Below are positions 28,394-38,362 of a stretch of 61,199 nucleotides of DNA, piece by piece. This DNA comes from a virus (taxonomy: Duplodnaviria; Caudoviricetes), in IMG/VR virus record IMGVR_UViG_3300025141_000092, positions 1-61,199 of that record; one strand, written 5' to 3'. The stretch's first letter is position 1. Every line of letters starts with the position of its first letter. The position numbers were made by a program, and so were the translations under genes. The notes below the pieces were generated by a model. It was given only the letters and a program-made list of their open reading frames with translations. It had not been told where the DNA came from and did no database searches.

Positions 28394-30003
28394 CAGTCTA
28401 GGTAATTAAATACGATTGTTAAGTTGTTAAGTTGGATAATCTCATTAAAATCTACTAAAATATTATCACTAATATTATCAATAGATGACATTCTAACACT
28501 TTCTACTTCAAAAATAGTTCTATTTAAGTCGCTAATAACAAGAGGCTCTCCAAAATCTCTATTATCAGCGTTCATATATTTTAAAATCTTACCTCTAACT
28601 TTTGAGATAATAGAGGATTGATTTAGTTTCTCTTCCTTATCAACACTAACCGTAATTACCAAATCTAGTGTTCTAATTAAACCATCAACAATCACAATCT
28701 CATCTGTTGCCATTTTCTTTTTATTAATAGCAGTTAAAAGATCCCTCTTAAAGGAGGGAGTGGCCTTTTGTAATTGAAGATCAGAGGCTTTTTCTAAAAT
28801 ATAAATATCAATAACATTCGCTGATGAGTACGCTTTTCGTGTAACCGCATTTGCTTTTCCTACAGTTCCTACACTTGCAATATGAGTATTTGCAAAAACT
28901 TTATAATCCTCTAAAGTTACTAAACGATCTTGTCTAGCAAATGTGAGAGGCGCATACTTTTTAGCATTAGCTATACTTTCTGCATTCGCACCACCCGCCG
29001 CGACTGAGATATTTTGAACCTGGGCAGTCAGGGGGGTCGAGTCTGTAGTAGCGTTCATAGATATATCTACAGCGTGAGGTAGAAGATTTCCTCGGGATCC
29101 ACCACCTACACGATACGTCACAAAATAAGAGGCAGTAGCATTAGGAGAAACCCCTACCGTACCATCTCCAAAAACGACTGTGGCACCGTAACTATCATCA
29201 TACACAATTTCAAAAATTTTATCCCCTGCTCCTGAGGCAAAATAAACATTATCGACCTCAGTATACGCTCCTGACGCTGCAGACTGGGAATCTTGAAGAA
29301 ATACAGATACACTCCCTTCAATTACAGGAGACTGAGTAAGGGGAATTGTTTTTATTCCCTCAGTAGCAGCAAAATCACCTGTATCCGTTACGAATGCACC
29401 TTCTTGAATTACTAGGTTAGTGTATACGCTGCTAGGGTTAGATGCGGCTGCGGGGTTATCAGACTCATTCCAATATAAGGTTACATCTCCCGTAGCATTT
29501 GCATCTTCTACATAACCATTAACCGTTTTATAGAGAGTATACGTTAACTGCGCTCCATCTTCTGGGGAATTTATCGTAAATGTTCTCTGGCTCGGTGTAA
29601 GAACATACCTAGGGGTAGTTCCTGTTGGAGATGCAGTGAAGGTTGCCTTAGCGTCTGCTGCAGCAGAAAGGGGGCCTCTCATTCTAACTCCGATAAGCTC
29701 TAAAAGCTTTTTTACGCTACTCTTTTGTCTAGCAGTAGCAAAAAAGTTTTCATTTGCAAGCATATCAGCTTTCATTGACATGACGGCACCCATATATGCT
29801 GTACACTCAATAAGCATCATCCCTAAATCGGATTCCGCAAAATAATCGTACTCCCGTGGGTAAACTGCTTTAATATAGTTAATTAACGAATCTCTTAGAG
29901 AAAGAAAATCACTCGCAGCAAAATCAATGTACTGAGGCTTTTTCCATGTCGGCACTTTAGCCAACTTCATAAAATCAGATGCTACGGTTCCTGAAAAACT
30001 CAT
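28393..30003 (-). CDS. gp6: Baseplate wedge protein gp6-like
   Basis: DFLSLRDSLINY...ESDLG, VVFGDG, YRVGGGSRGN, GGANAES and QDRLVTLEDY motifs. Confidence 0.9.
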   Translation of the reverse strand: MSFSGTVASDFMKLAKVPTWKKPQYIDFAASDFLSLRDSLINYIKAVYPREYDYFAESDLGMMLIECTAYMGAVMSMKADMLANENFFATARQKSSVKKLLELIGVRMRGPLSAAADAKATFTASPTGTTPRYVLTPSQRTFTINSPEDGAQLTYTLYKTVNGYVEDANATGDVTLYWNESDNPAAASNPSSVYTNLVIQEGAFVTDTGDFAATEGIKTIPLTQSPVIEGSVSVFLQDSQSAASGAYTEVDNVYFASGAGDKIFEIVYDDSYGATVVFGDGTVGVSPNATASYFVTYRVGGGSRGNLLPHAVDISMNATTDSTPLTAQVQNISVAAGGANAESIANAKKYAPLTFARQDRLVTLEDYKVFANTHIASVGTVGKANAVTRKAYSSANVIDIYILEKASDLQLQKATPSFKRDLLTAINKKKMATDEIVIVDGLIRTLDLVITVSVDKEEKLNQSSIISKVRGKILKYMNADNRDFGEPLVISDLNRTIFEVESVRMSSIDNISDNILVDFNEIIQLNNLTIVFNYLD

Positions 30004-30464
30004 TGTACAGTTATCTCCTCACTAAAAATAGTGCCGTCTTCAGTTAGTTTAAGAACTAATAAAATAAAAATTGAAGCAGTTCCGAAATTTCCAACATTCG
30101 ATCCTTTAAGGACTCTAATTTTCTGAACAGTCGCTCCTTGTAAATAATTATAACAAGAGAATAAAACTTCCTCTTTAATCTGCTGAAACGTTATTGCATC
30201 AAGTGGTTGAAATAAAAACTTTTTCAAATTACACCCAAATTTAGGAAGCATTAACCTCTCCCCCCGCTCTGTTTTTAGCAATTGATGAAGCGCGTCTTTT
30301 ACCTTCGTTACTCCTGTATTTGCAGCACAAAAACCCGACTTGGTTTTGAGTCTTCCCGTAGGAAATGCAATCCCCCTTCCTCCTCTTAACTTATCAGAAA
30401 TATACTCTTTAGTTAGTGGAGAGTAAGGTGTTCCATAATAATTTACTGTTGTGTTTGCTCCCAT
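30000..30464 (-). CDS. gp25: Baseplate wedge/sheath initiator gp25-like
   Basis: LLKTERGERLMLPKFGCNLKKFLFQP motif. Confidence 0.9.
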   Translation of the reverse strand: MGANTTVNYYGTPYSPLTKEYISDKLRGGRGIAFPTGRLKTKSGFCAANTGVTKVKDALHQLLKTERGERLMLPKFGCNLKKFLFQPLDAITFQQIKEEVLFSCYNYLQGATVQKIRVLKGSNVGNFGTASIFILLVLKLTEDGTIFSEEITVQ

Positions 30465-33245
30465 TTAATTACCTGATGTTTGTATAGTCTTAAAGTACCC
30501 CTTCTGAGCTTTATAGTTTTGATCTACCTCTTCATTATTTAGGGCTCGTGAGTAGAATTTTAAACTACCTAAGAACCCACGTAATCCACTTGTTTTTCCT
30601 CCGTAATCTCCTCCCATAAAATTACCCCACTTATACATTCCATCAGTATACCCTCCTCCTACAATCCACGGAGTATAGAAGGGATTTAGGCGTGGCCCAT
30701 CATGTAACGTAGTTGGTCCATCTACTGTAGTGGAAGAATACTCGAAACTATTACTCTTAATAAAGCTAGGTAATTGAGGGGGCGAATAATCTTTAACTCC
30801 AAATACTTTATGTATACCTGAAGTTCCCATGAGTTGTCCGTCTGCATACATTCGAACCTCGTTAAGCGGAGGATCTACTACCAAATCAACTAAAACAAAT
30901 TGAGAAGATACATCCCCAAAGGTGCATCCTCCTGAAACACTACTTACAGGAATCTGCATTCCGAAATATTCCTCATCATTTTGACACTCCTCACTATTAA
31001 TAAACGATAAAGAAGAGAAGTCTCTAGATTGCGTTGGGGCTACAAAGAAACTTAGCGATGAAGTCGGCAAGTTATGAGAGGATAGGTTACTAGCTGGGAA
31101 TCCTGGGTGGGTAATCCTTACGTCTCGCGTAAAGCCCATAAGCATTCCCTTCACAAAAGAATCTCCTCCATCGGGAGCTAGTTTATCTTGAGTTCGGAAA
31201 TTTCCTAAAGTATCTATTGCGGAGGCCCCTGGCTTACTCCCCACATTCTCACACCCTAAAATTACTTTAGTAAGGGAAGAAGGGGATGAGGTACCTTCAA
31301 ATCCATTCTCTAACCATCCCTCATGCTGATCTTGAATTTGTGGTATATGAACCCAGCACTCCACACTAAAGCCTTCTCGGTTGTATGTTAGATCTCTAAA
31401 TTCCCTATTATCAGGCAAGCGGACAAAGGAGCCCATAGCGGAAGCAGCGGCAGAATCTGATGATTTATTCTTTACAATCCCCTCCAAATACGGAATGGAT
31501 AACCCAGAAAAGAATACATTTCTATTGTTAGTAGCCACCAACTTACTTGTATTATACATATCATTAGTAGCGCAATTGGTTACTTGGTATTCGGTAGACG
31601 AGGGGGTAACTACATCAGAATTTAAGAAGTTATAAATAGCAAATAACTCATCAGACTCAATAAGGTCCATAAGAGAAAGCATTGTTCCTGAGCCTGTTCC
31701 TGACGGTGTATAGATAATACTTCCTTTCCCTATTTCGGGAACAGTTAAATGTTCAGCACTAATTGAAGGAGGACGAGGAGGGGCGACAACAAAGGAGGGT
31801 CTCAAAGGAAGAACTACTCCCGTCACCTCACCTTCTTTAAAAATTAATCGCCTTTGTTTTTCTAAATCTACTACAATATTAAAACGTTCTAAATACGCAA
31901 AATTGTTAATGGGAACTTGTCCTGAAGCAAACAAAGGTTGAGATCGTCTTCCTCCGAATACTTGAGGAGCTTTCATCGCAATTTCAATTTGTTTCTTTCT
32001 TCTACGAATCTTACCGTTATGATTTGCAATCTCTGATATAATCAACTGCCTTTGATTAGCTACTATAGAGGAGTCTGCAGTGTAGTCTTGGATGTAATCC
32101 TGTAGATTAGACGATAAATCGAACACATGCTTATCTCGTTGCTGAATTATGGTAGCCAAGAAGTGATCGGCATCATATTCTCGCTGTAAAACTTTATTAT
32201 CATCAATTAAATCAGGATCAAACAAACTCTCCGTATAATCATTTAGAGAATTGATTGAGATAGAGGTTCCTTTGCCTCCAATATTAGGATCGTAATCATA
32301 CTTCCACAAATCTCCAGCCTCTACTGTAGCCGAGATTGCGAGGTAGACGGGATCTAGCCCTCCTTGCTGCGAATCATAATATAAACCATCCTTAGTTAAA
32401 AGGTAATGACCTTGGTTTGTGCGAGGAGGTCCATATACAAGCCTAAATATTTCGCTCTGATCAAGTCCTGCTGTTATTCCTGCTCCCCTAAGACCAGGAT
32501 CGTCCGCACTAACACGCTTCTCATTATAAGTGGTGCCCACTAAGAACCGATCAAGCTCTCTCGTATCTAAGAATTTAGGTTCTAAGGAGGGGTTTGCGGC
32601 TCTAGCTGCCATAACACTACCGATATTGTTTAAACCTTTTTCGCAACTCCTAATAAAATCCACTGCGCCCTGAACTTTAGCAGCTTGTGCGGCGTATTTC
32701 TGATCTAAAAAAGCTTGAACTTCAGCGGGAGCCATAGTTGCGCGTTGTTTTGCAGCATTTCCACTCTGGAATTCTTGGGCAGTTTTATACTTATCCAAAC
32801 AATCCGTAATTGCACCTACTTGGTTAGCTATAGATTGATAATTAGCGTATAATTGTCCTGCGAAAGCAGCAGCCCAGTTAAAAGCAGCTAAGATTCCTGC
32901 TAAGTCGTTACCAAACTGGCTCTCGTCGTTCTCCAATCCAAACCAATTAAAGTCGGAAGCAAACTTAAAGCGACCCGTTTCACTGTCCCACTCCATAATT
33001 CCCGTCCCCAGCATCATATACTTAAAAATCCACTGCGTAACATCGTTAGCTTTAGCCTGAGCATCAGCCATTACTTGCTGCATATCCATAAGGACATTCG
33101 TAGGGAGAAGATTCAATAACCCTAAATCATTGACCATATTAAGCAGACAACTAGGGAGCCCATAAGCCATCCCCACTGCATCGAAAAATCCAGTGCCTGT
33201 TTGTCCCGTTACTTTTAAGAAAGTTTCTGCGTCAAAAGTTGCCAT
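30465..33245 (-). CDS. Baseplate-associated protein with a C-terminal LamG/concanavalin A-like domain
   Basis: FSVECWV, VRMYADGQL and GFLGSLKFYSRALNNEEVDQNY are LamG-like motifs. Confidence 0.65.
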   Translation of the reverse strand: MATFDAETFLKVTGQTGTGFFDAVGMAYGLPSCLLNMVNDLGLLNLLPTNVLMDMQQVMADAQAKANDVTQWIFKYMMLGTGIMEWDSETGRFKFASDFNWFGLENDESQFGNDLAGILAAFNWAAAFAGQLYANYQSIANQVGAITDCLDKYKTAQEFQSGNAAKQRATMAPAEVQAFLDQKYAAQAAKVQGAVDFIRSCEKGLNNIGSVMAARAANPSLEPKFLDTRELDRFLVGTTYNEKRVSADDPGLRGAGITAGLDQSEIFRLVYGPPRTNQGHYLLTKDGLYYDSQQGGLDPVYLAISATVEAGDLWKYDYDPNIGGKGTSISINSLNDYTESLFDPDLIDDNKVLQREYDADHFLATIIQQRDKHVFDLSSNLQDYIQDYTADSSIVANQRQLIISEIANHNGKIRRRKKQIEIAMKAPQVFGGRRSQPLFASGQVPINNFAYLERFNIVVDLEKQRRLIFKEGEVTGVVLPLRPSFVVAPPRPPSISAEHLTVPEIGKGSIIYTPSGTGSGTMLSLMDLIESDELFAIYNFLNSDVVTPSSTEYQVTNCATNDMYNTSKLVATNNRNVFFSGLSIPYLEGIVKNKSSDSAAASAMGSFVRLPDNREFRDLTYNREGFSVECWVHIPQIQDQHEGWLENGFEGTSSPSSLTKVILGCENVGSKPGASAIDTLGNFRTQDKLAPDGGDSFVKGMLMGFTRDVRITHPGFPASNLSSHNLPTSSLSFFVAPTQSRDFSSLSFINSEECQNDEEYFGMQIPVSSVSGGCTFGDVSSQFVLVDLVVDPPLNEVRMYADGQLMGTSGIHKVFGVKDYSPPQLPSFIKSNSFEYSSTTVDGPTTLHDGPRLNPFYTPWIVGGGYTDGMYKWGNFMGGDYGGKTSGLRGFLGSLKFYSRALNNEEVDQNYKAQKGYFKTIQTSGN

Positions 33246-34387
33246 TAGGGATACACTCCTTGTGAGTAGTAGCTAGTAAGTGTTTGAGAAACATCATCAT
33301 TTGATGAGTTAGAAGTTCCCGTTTGTAAATAAGTTTTAGATCCATCAACATTCACATTTCCAGAGCTTTTAAGGCTAATCTGGCCACCTGATTCTATATT
33401 AACATCACCTGCCGCTTTCATATTTATCTCTCCACCCGAAACTAAGTCCATATTTCCATCTGAGATTACCTCAACCTTTCCTGTTGATTTGATTCGGATC
33501 ACACTAGATGTTCCACCTTTTGTTTCAATATCTATTACTTGATTATCTCCCTCTGGATCTATGCATTGAATAAAGATCCGACCCTCATCCTTACGAGACA
33601 TAATATTTACATCATTTGTTTTTGTTTCTATATTGATATTTCCATATCTGTCAGGCTCATCAGGGTTTCTATTAAATCCCGTAGATTCATTAGTGATATT
33701 TAAATCCCGACCATCCTTGATCATAATGTCCGTTTGCCCTTCTTTATTTATATACTGCTGAGGGCCTCGTGATTGAACTGTTATAGCTTGTGAGCAAACT
33801 CCCATATCCTTTGGATGTGTTGAAATCCTAATTCCATCCCCGAACTCATTTTTTAAGATAATGCTGTCAACGCCAGGGCTATCAACAATAGACATCTTTT
33901 TTCCTGACTGCCCTACAAGCTCTGTCTTAATATTTGCTTGCATAGGCTTTGGCCCTTCAAACTCCTCCGAAATGGAAAGTCCACTTCCTCTTGTACCCCT
34001 AAAGCAAAGCTTCATAGGCTTTCCCTGCATTCGATATAAATTTGGCTCTACACGTTGAATAGGCTCTTTAGGTTCAGCAGAGTCTCCGATTGCTTTATTG
34101 GAGGTCTCTGGATTAGCAATTTGCGGATCATCAGGTAAGAAAGTGGATCCTACATAAAAAAGTTCGGTTGATGCTTGTGGGCTGCAGACCATTACCCTGC
34201 TGCCTTCTTCAGGAATGGCAATAATAGCTCCCTCTGTTCGAGAAGTATAAGGGCTTGTGTAGTTAACAGGGAACGCATCGTTACCTAGAGCGTCTAGAAC
34301 TGCCCAAAAGGTTCCATTATTATCAAAATTAGCAGTGTTAACTATTGTGCCTAATGAGAAAAAAGTTGTGTTTTTTGATACTACCAT
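33245..34387 (-). CDS. Baseplate central spike (gp5/gpV-like)
   Basis: OB-fold-like IPEEGSRVMV...YVGS followed by beta-strand repeats (INMKAAGDVNIESGGQISLKSSGNVNVDGS). Confidence 0.75.
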   Translation of the reverse strand: MVVSKNTTFFSLGTIVNTANFDNNGTFWAVLDALGNDAFPVNYTSPYTSRTEGAIIAIPEEGSRVMVCSPQASTELFYVGSTFLPDDPQIANPETSNKAIGDSAEPKEPIQRVEPNLYRMQGKPMKLCFRGTRGSGLSISEEFEGPKPMQANIKTELVGQSGKKMSIVDSPGVDSIILKNEFGDGIRISTHPKDMGVCSQAITVQSRGPQQYINKEGQTDIMIKDGRDLNITNESTGFNRNPDEPDRYGNINIETKTNDVNIMSRKDEGRIFIQCIDPEGDNQVIDIETKGGTSSVIRIKSTGKVEVISDGNMDLVSGGEINMKAAGDVNIESGGQISLKSSGNVNVDGSKTYLQTGTSNSSNDDVSQTLTSYYSQGVYP

Positions 34388-34399
34388 AATACTATTAAA

Positions 34400-37000
34400 T
34401 TATATACTATTTTTAACCATTTTAAATTGAGATTCTACTTTTTTAGGTGAAATAGTATGTTTAAATCCAGATAATCGGTAGACTCCAGATAGGAAGGTGT
34501 CTAGGGGAGAGTCTGGTCGGGCTGTTGTTTGTCTCATATTAGGAAATTGAGCAAGGAGAATAGCTTCTTTAAATAAGAAAGAAGCATCTGAGTATGCAAA
34601 CATAGGTAAAGTACTTACTGAAACTTGATTTACCATTCTAAAGAGAGCTTGAAGCAATTCTCCCTGTGCTGTAACCATATCTTGGTCCGAAGAAGCTATT
34701 TGGTTAACCCACAGGGAACCAAATAGTGGATTATCTACGTTCTCCAATTGGTGCGCCATAAGAATCTGGAGATCCTCAATCATTTCTTGGCTCTGAAATG
34801 CGGCCCCCACATCAGAATTCTTTGCCTCTTCTGTTAGCCCTGCTAAAATCGCCTCCCTAATGCTACCCTCACCTGCTCCTTGGCTAATTTGAGCTACTCT
34901 AGATCTAGCTTTTAATTTATCGACACTGAGTTCAGAAAAAGGCTTCCTCAGTTCTCCCTCAAGGTCTTCGGGAGTTGCAAATAGGTCCATCTTCACCATA
35001 GGCTGCATCCTCTGTAGCGCAGCCCAATACCCTGGATTATAATTTGCAATAAGCTTAGTGACATTAGGGGACTGTGTATTATATTTAAACATAGGTACTC
35101 CCTCTTGTTTGATACGATCAAGCGCAGCCTCCCCCTCCTTGCCCTCACTAAAAGCGAAGTAGTCAGGAGACCTAAAAGCTCCTGCAAATCCTGCATTATC
35201 TTCCATCATTTTTTTATGTCTCTCAAATGTCTGTTCTCTGAGTTTTTTATTATTTTCTGGTTCGCCTAAAATGTAATCAGCTTTGTGTAAGGGATAATGA
35301 GCAAATCCTATCATAACATCATTAAAGTTATCGGAGAGATACTCATCAGTAATGTCCTCCTTATGTTTAGTACTAAGCCGTTTTTGTCCGTAAATAAACT
35401 GAGTAATCATTGACATGCTTCCTACTATAGTTACTCCATGATCCAAAGCCTTCTCATGTAAGAGCGCATCAAATGTTGCGGCTACACCTCCATAATGCTC
35501 CTCAGCGTTATTCGCAGGAGAAGGATCGCTCTCTTTTTGTAGTTGCTGCCACAGAGCTACTTTTTCACTAGTAGACTCAGTTATCACTCCATATTGAGCC
35601 GAGTATAGGGCCGCTCCCCATTTATTTAAGTTGGAAAAAAGCTCCTGAAGCTTCTTATGTACAGATACATTCTCCCCGTCCCCTGCGCCAAGCACACCAA
35701 GCATGTTAGCGTAATATACTTTCCACTTGCTATTAGTTGGACTTTTCTTAAATCGGTTGAGGTCTCCCGCAGGGATAACAGGCTGCGTTCCCTCTTCAGT
35801 ATCCTGGACATCAGAAGACAGCCCGAAACCTAAACCAATCTTACTTAGGATAGCATTTATAACGTTAGCCGTTTTCCTAAAATGCGTTTGAATTCCCTCT
35901 TGGCTTCCTTTAGCCCAGTCTTCAGATGTCCACCCCAGCTCCATTATTTGTTTCTCAATTAGAGGTGCAAGAATAATATTTAGATTAGGAAAAAGGACCA
36001 CAACATTTGGATTGGCTGTAGCTTTTTGTACGAAGTCCTTCACCGTATCAGTAACAACTCTATGAATATCCACAGAGGCTATAAACTCTTTTACCTCCCC
36101 TCCTAGATGAGGATGTTCATCAGAAATAATAGCAAAATTATCAGTCCTCCATGCTGCCATATAGTCCCCTAGATCTCCATAAAAAAGATTAGGGTAACGA
36201 GCCTCCGTTTTTAGGTCTTCGGCTTGAGCATCGGTGACACCCCGAACAACATATCCATCAGCTACCTTACCTGCCGTCAGTCTTAGATTTGTAAATCTCT
36301 TAGAATAACCAACTATGGTTGTCTTTGCCAACTCAGGCAATCTCATCCGAGTCCCATAAGAAGTAGGGTTTTGAGAAGGAACGACTCCCATAGGTACGCT
36401 CACAAGTCTTAGCTTAATTTTTCGAATATCTTTAGCTTCTATTTTAGCATTCACTACCGTCATCTTATGAGGACCGCTCCACGTATTGGGGTCTTTACCG
36501 ATCCCATAGACTACATATACCGTCTTACCTGGTTTTTCTTTTGCCTCACGAAGAAGCTTGAATTGCGGATCTAATTGCCCCTTTACGCTATCAGGAACAT
36601 TCAGTAAATATAGGTATCTCTGCGCCTGCATAGGATCGAGAAGTCCATCGGAAAATCCTGGAAACTCCTCACCATATGCGGCCAATTCCGAAATAAGACT
36701 TCCTACAAAAATTCGTTTTTCAAATTCTCTCTTAGGATCTAAGAGAGTAATATTCATCGTATTTCCCCCTTCATACCCTATTTCGTGTGAAAAATCAGAG
36801 ATCTGAAGGCTTCCTTCATCCTCTAAATTACTATTAGAAAAAGTAAATACGTCTTTCTCATCAGGCATCCCCGCTTCCTGAAATTCCTCTACTGACATCC
36901 CTGTGCTCTTCTTTACCGCAAGCTCAGATCCTTTAAGAAACTGAAGCATCGGTGTCTTAGAAAAACTAATGTACACGTTCGCTGTGGGAATAATGGTCAT
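34400..37000 (-). CDS. Putative baseplate hub (gp27-like)
   Basis: Sits between gp53 and the spike; C-terminal SGVYRLSGFKHTIS...SQFKMVK resembles hub protein C-termini. Confidence 0.55.
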   Translation of the reverse strand: MTIIPTANVYISFSKTPMLQFLKGSELAVKKSTGMSVEEFQEAGMPDEKDVFTFSNSNLEDEGSLQISDFSHEIGYEGGNTMNITLLDPKREFEKRIFVGSLISELAAYGEEFPGFSDGLLDPMQAQRYLYLLNVPDSVKGQLDPQFKLLREAKEKPGKTVYVVYGIGKDPNTWSGPHKMTVVNAKIEAKDIRKIKLRLVSVPMGVVPSQNPTSYGTRMRLPELAKTTIVGYSKRFTNLRLTAGKVADGYVVRGVTDAQAEDLKTEARYPNLFYGDLGDYMAAWRTDNFAIISDEHPHLGGEVKEFIASVDIHRVVTDTVKDFVQKATANPNVVVLFPNLNIILAPLIEKQIMELGWTSEDWAKGSQEGIQTHFRKTANVINAILSKIGLGFGLSSDVQDTEEGTQPVIPAGDLNRFKKSPTNSKWKVYYANMLGVLGAGDGENVSVHKKLQELFSNLNKWGAALYSAQYGVITESTSEKVALWQQLQKESDPSPANNAEEHYGGVAATFDALLHEKALDHGVTIVGSMSMITQFIYGQKRLSTKHKEDITDEYLSDNFNDVMIGFAHYPLHKADYILGEPENNKKLREQTFERHKKMMEDNAGFAGAFRSPDYFAFSEGKEGEAALDRIKQEGVPMFKYNTQSPNVTKLIANYNPGYWAALQRMQPMVKMDLFATPEDLEGELRKPFSELSVDKLKARSRVAQISQGAGEGSIREAILAGLTEEAKNSDVGAAFQSQEMIEDLQILMAHQLENVDNPLFGSLWVNQIASSDQDMVTAQGELLQALFRMVNQVSVSTLPMFAYSDASFLFKEAILLAQFPNMRQTTARPDSPLDTFLSGVYRLSGFKHTISPKKVESQFKMVKNSI

Positions 37001-37305
37001 AATGATTTGGGAATAAGCAATCTCTCTCTTACGTTAAATGATTCATTTGGGTCAGGTTTATTGTTAATCAACATCAACAACCAAAACTTATCAGGAGTTC
37101 CATTAAATACATTTGCAATAAGGTCAGGTCGATGCGCGAATCCGTTAGGGATATACCCTACCTCATAATTATAGGCGACATCCATATTTTTTATCATGTT
37201 ATCAAATATTGGAGTATTTAAAATCGTGCGAACTTTGCAGTTCCTATGAGATATATCTTGATAAGCAACCGAATAAGGCCCTCGATTTTTTCCTAATGAT
37301 GTCAT
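36997..37305 (-). CDS. gp53: Baseplate wedge gp53-like (LysM-like)
   Basis: HRPDLIANVFNGTPDKFWLLMLINN...LLIP. Confidence 0.8.
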   Translation of the reverse strand: MTSLGKNRGPYSVAYQDISHRNCKVRTILNTPIFDNMIKNMDVAYNYEVGYIPNGFAHRPDLIANVFNGTPDKFWLLMLINNKPDPNESFNVRERLLIPKSL

Positions 37306-37306
37306 G

Positions 37307-38362
37307 TTATAAAGTACCTGGATCCATTGTTCCTTGAACGATTACAGCTTCCCACCCCGCTAAGTTGTCTCGTTGAATCATCGTAGCATTATTATCTTTA
37401 CCAATCCCTCTAAATTCTCCGAAGTTCCCTGTTCGAATCTCCTCTAACTGCATTGTTACGCTTATTTGATGAGGTAAAAGTGTATCTATATCCATAGGAC
37501 TCGCATCGGGGATAGAAAAGGAGTACTGAGTGCAGATGCAAGGAACATCCTGGTACATAATACCGTGATTCAAGCGAATTATAGGAGGTCCCAATGTAGG
37601 GTCCATAGCGTTATTAACTACACTTGTCCTAATAATATTAATCCAATAAATTACTAAATCTACTATTCTAATTTTTGCGTCTAAAATCTCACTCTGAGCA
37701 GCAGCAATATAATCGTCATCTATTGCTAAGATTGATGATTGGTTATTTTCTGAGGGCAACGCATCAGTGGGCCATGAATCTGGGTACGGAGCATCTAAAT
37801 CAGCTATACCGTACCGCGCAGCCAAATAAGTTGACTCCTCGACGCTTAAGTATGCTAACCAATTTTGATAAACAGTATGAGCAATATCAAAAACCTCCTC
37901 TAAATATTTTGTTGCTATCTTACCTGTCTGAGAAGGAGGAGGCTCTGTTACCTCCCCTTTAAATTTCTTTCTTATTTGGGTATAAGTTTCTTCCTCAGTG
38001 ATCGCCGCAAGATATCCCTCTAAAGGAGGCCCTTCAGCCTCAATATGCTTCATCGAAAGATTAAACTGTAAGTTTAATTTTCGTGATTCTGATCCTAAGT
38101 AAGTATAAAGCTCACTAGATCGCCCAAGAGGCGAATATTTTTGATATTTAGCTCTCTTTCTTTCTGTAATTTTAACATTTTCTACGAACGGAAGTCTTAC
38201 ATTAAAGTCGGGTCCACCTTCCTCTTTTCTAGGAAACTTAAAATCAAGATAAGATCTATCATAAAGATTTCTATCTATAATCCCTTGGCCTGATCTAGAC
38301 TTTGCCGTAGGAGCGTTCCCCTGGTCCACTGTAAATTGATCAAAATAATCTAATAATCCCAT
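37307..38362 (-). CDS. Tail tube initiator (gp48/gp54/CIS-tube-like)
   Basis: LGRSSELYTYLGSESRKLNLQF and PPIIRL...VPCICTQYSFS...LPHQISVTMQL motifs; follows the tape measure. Confidence 0.65.
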   Translation of the reverse strand: MGLLDYFDQFTVDQGNAPTAKSRSGQGIIDRNLYDRSYLDFKFPRKEEGGPDFNVRLPFVENVKITERKRAKYQKYSPLGRSSELYTYLGSESRKLNLQFNLSMKHIEAEGPPLEGYLAAITEEETYTQIRKKFKGEVTEPPPSQTGKIATKYLEEVFDIAHTVYQNWLAYLSVEESTYLAARYGIADLDAPYPDSWPTDALPSENNQSSILAIDDDYIAAAQSEILDAKIRIVDLVIYWINIIRTSVVNNAMDPTLGPPIIRLNHGIMYQDVPCICTQYSFSIPDASPMDIDTLLPHQISVTMQLEEIRTGNFGEFRGIGKDNNATMIQRDNLAGWEAVIVQGTMDPGTL

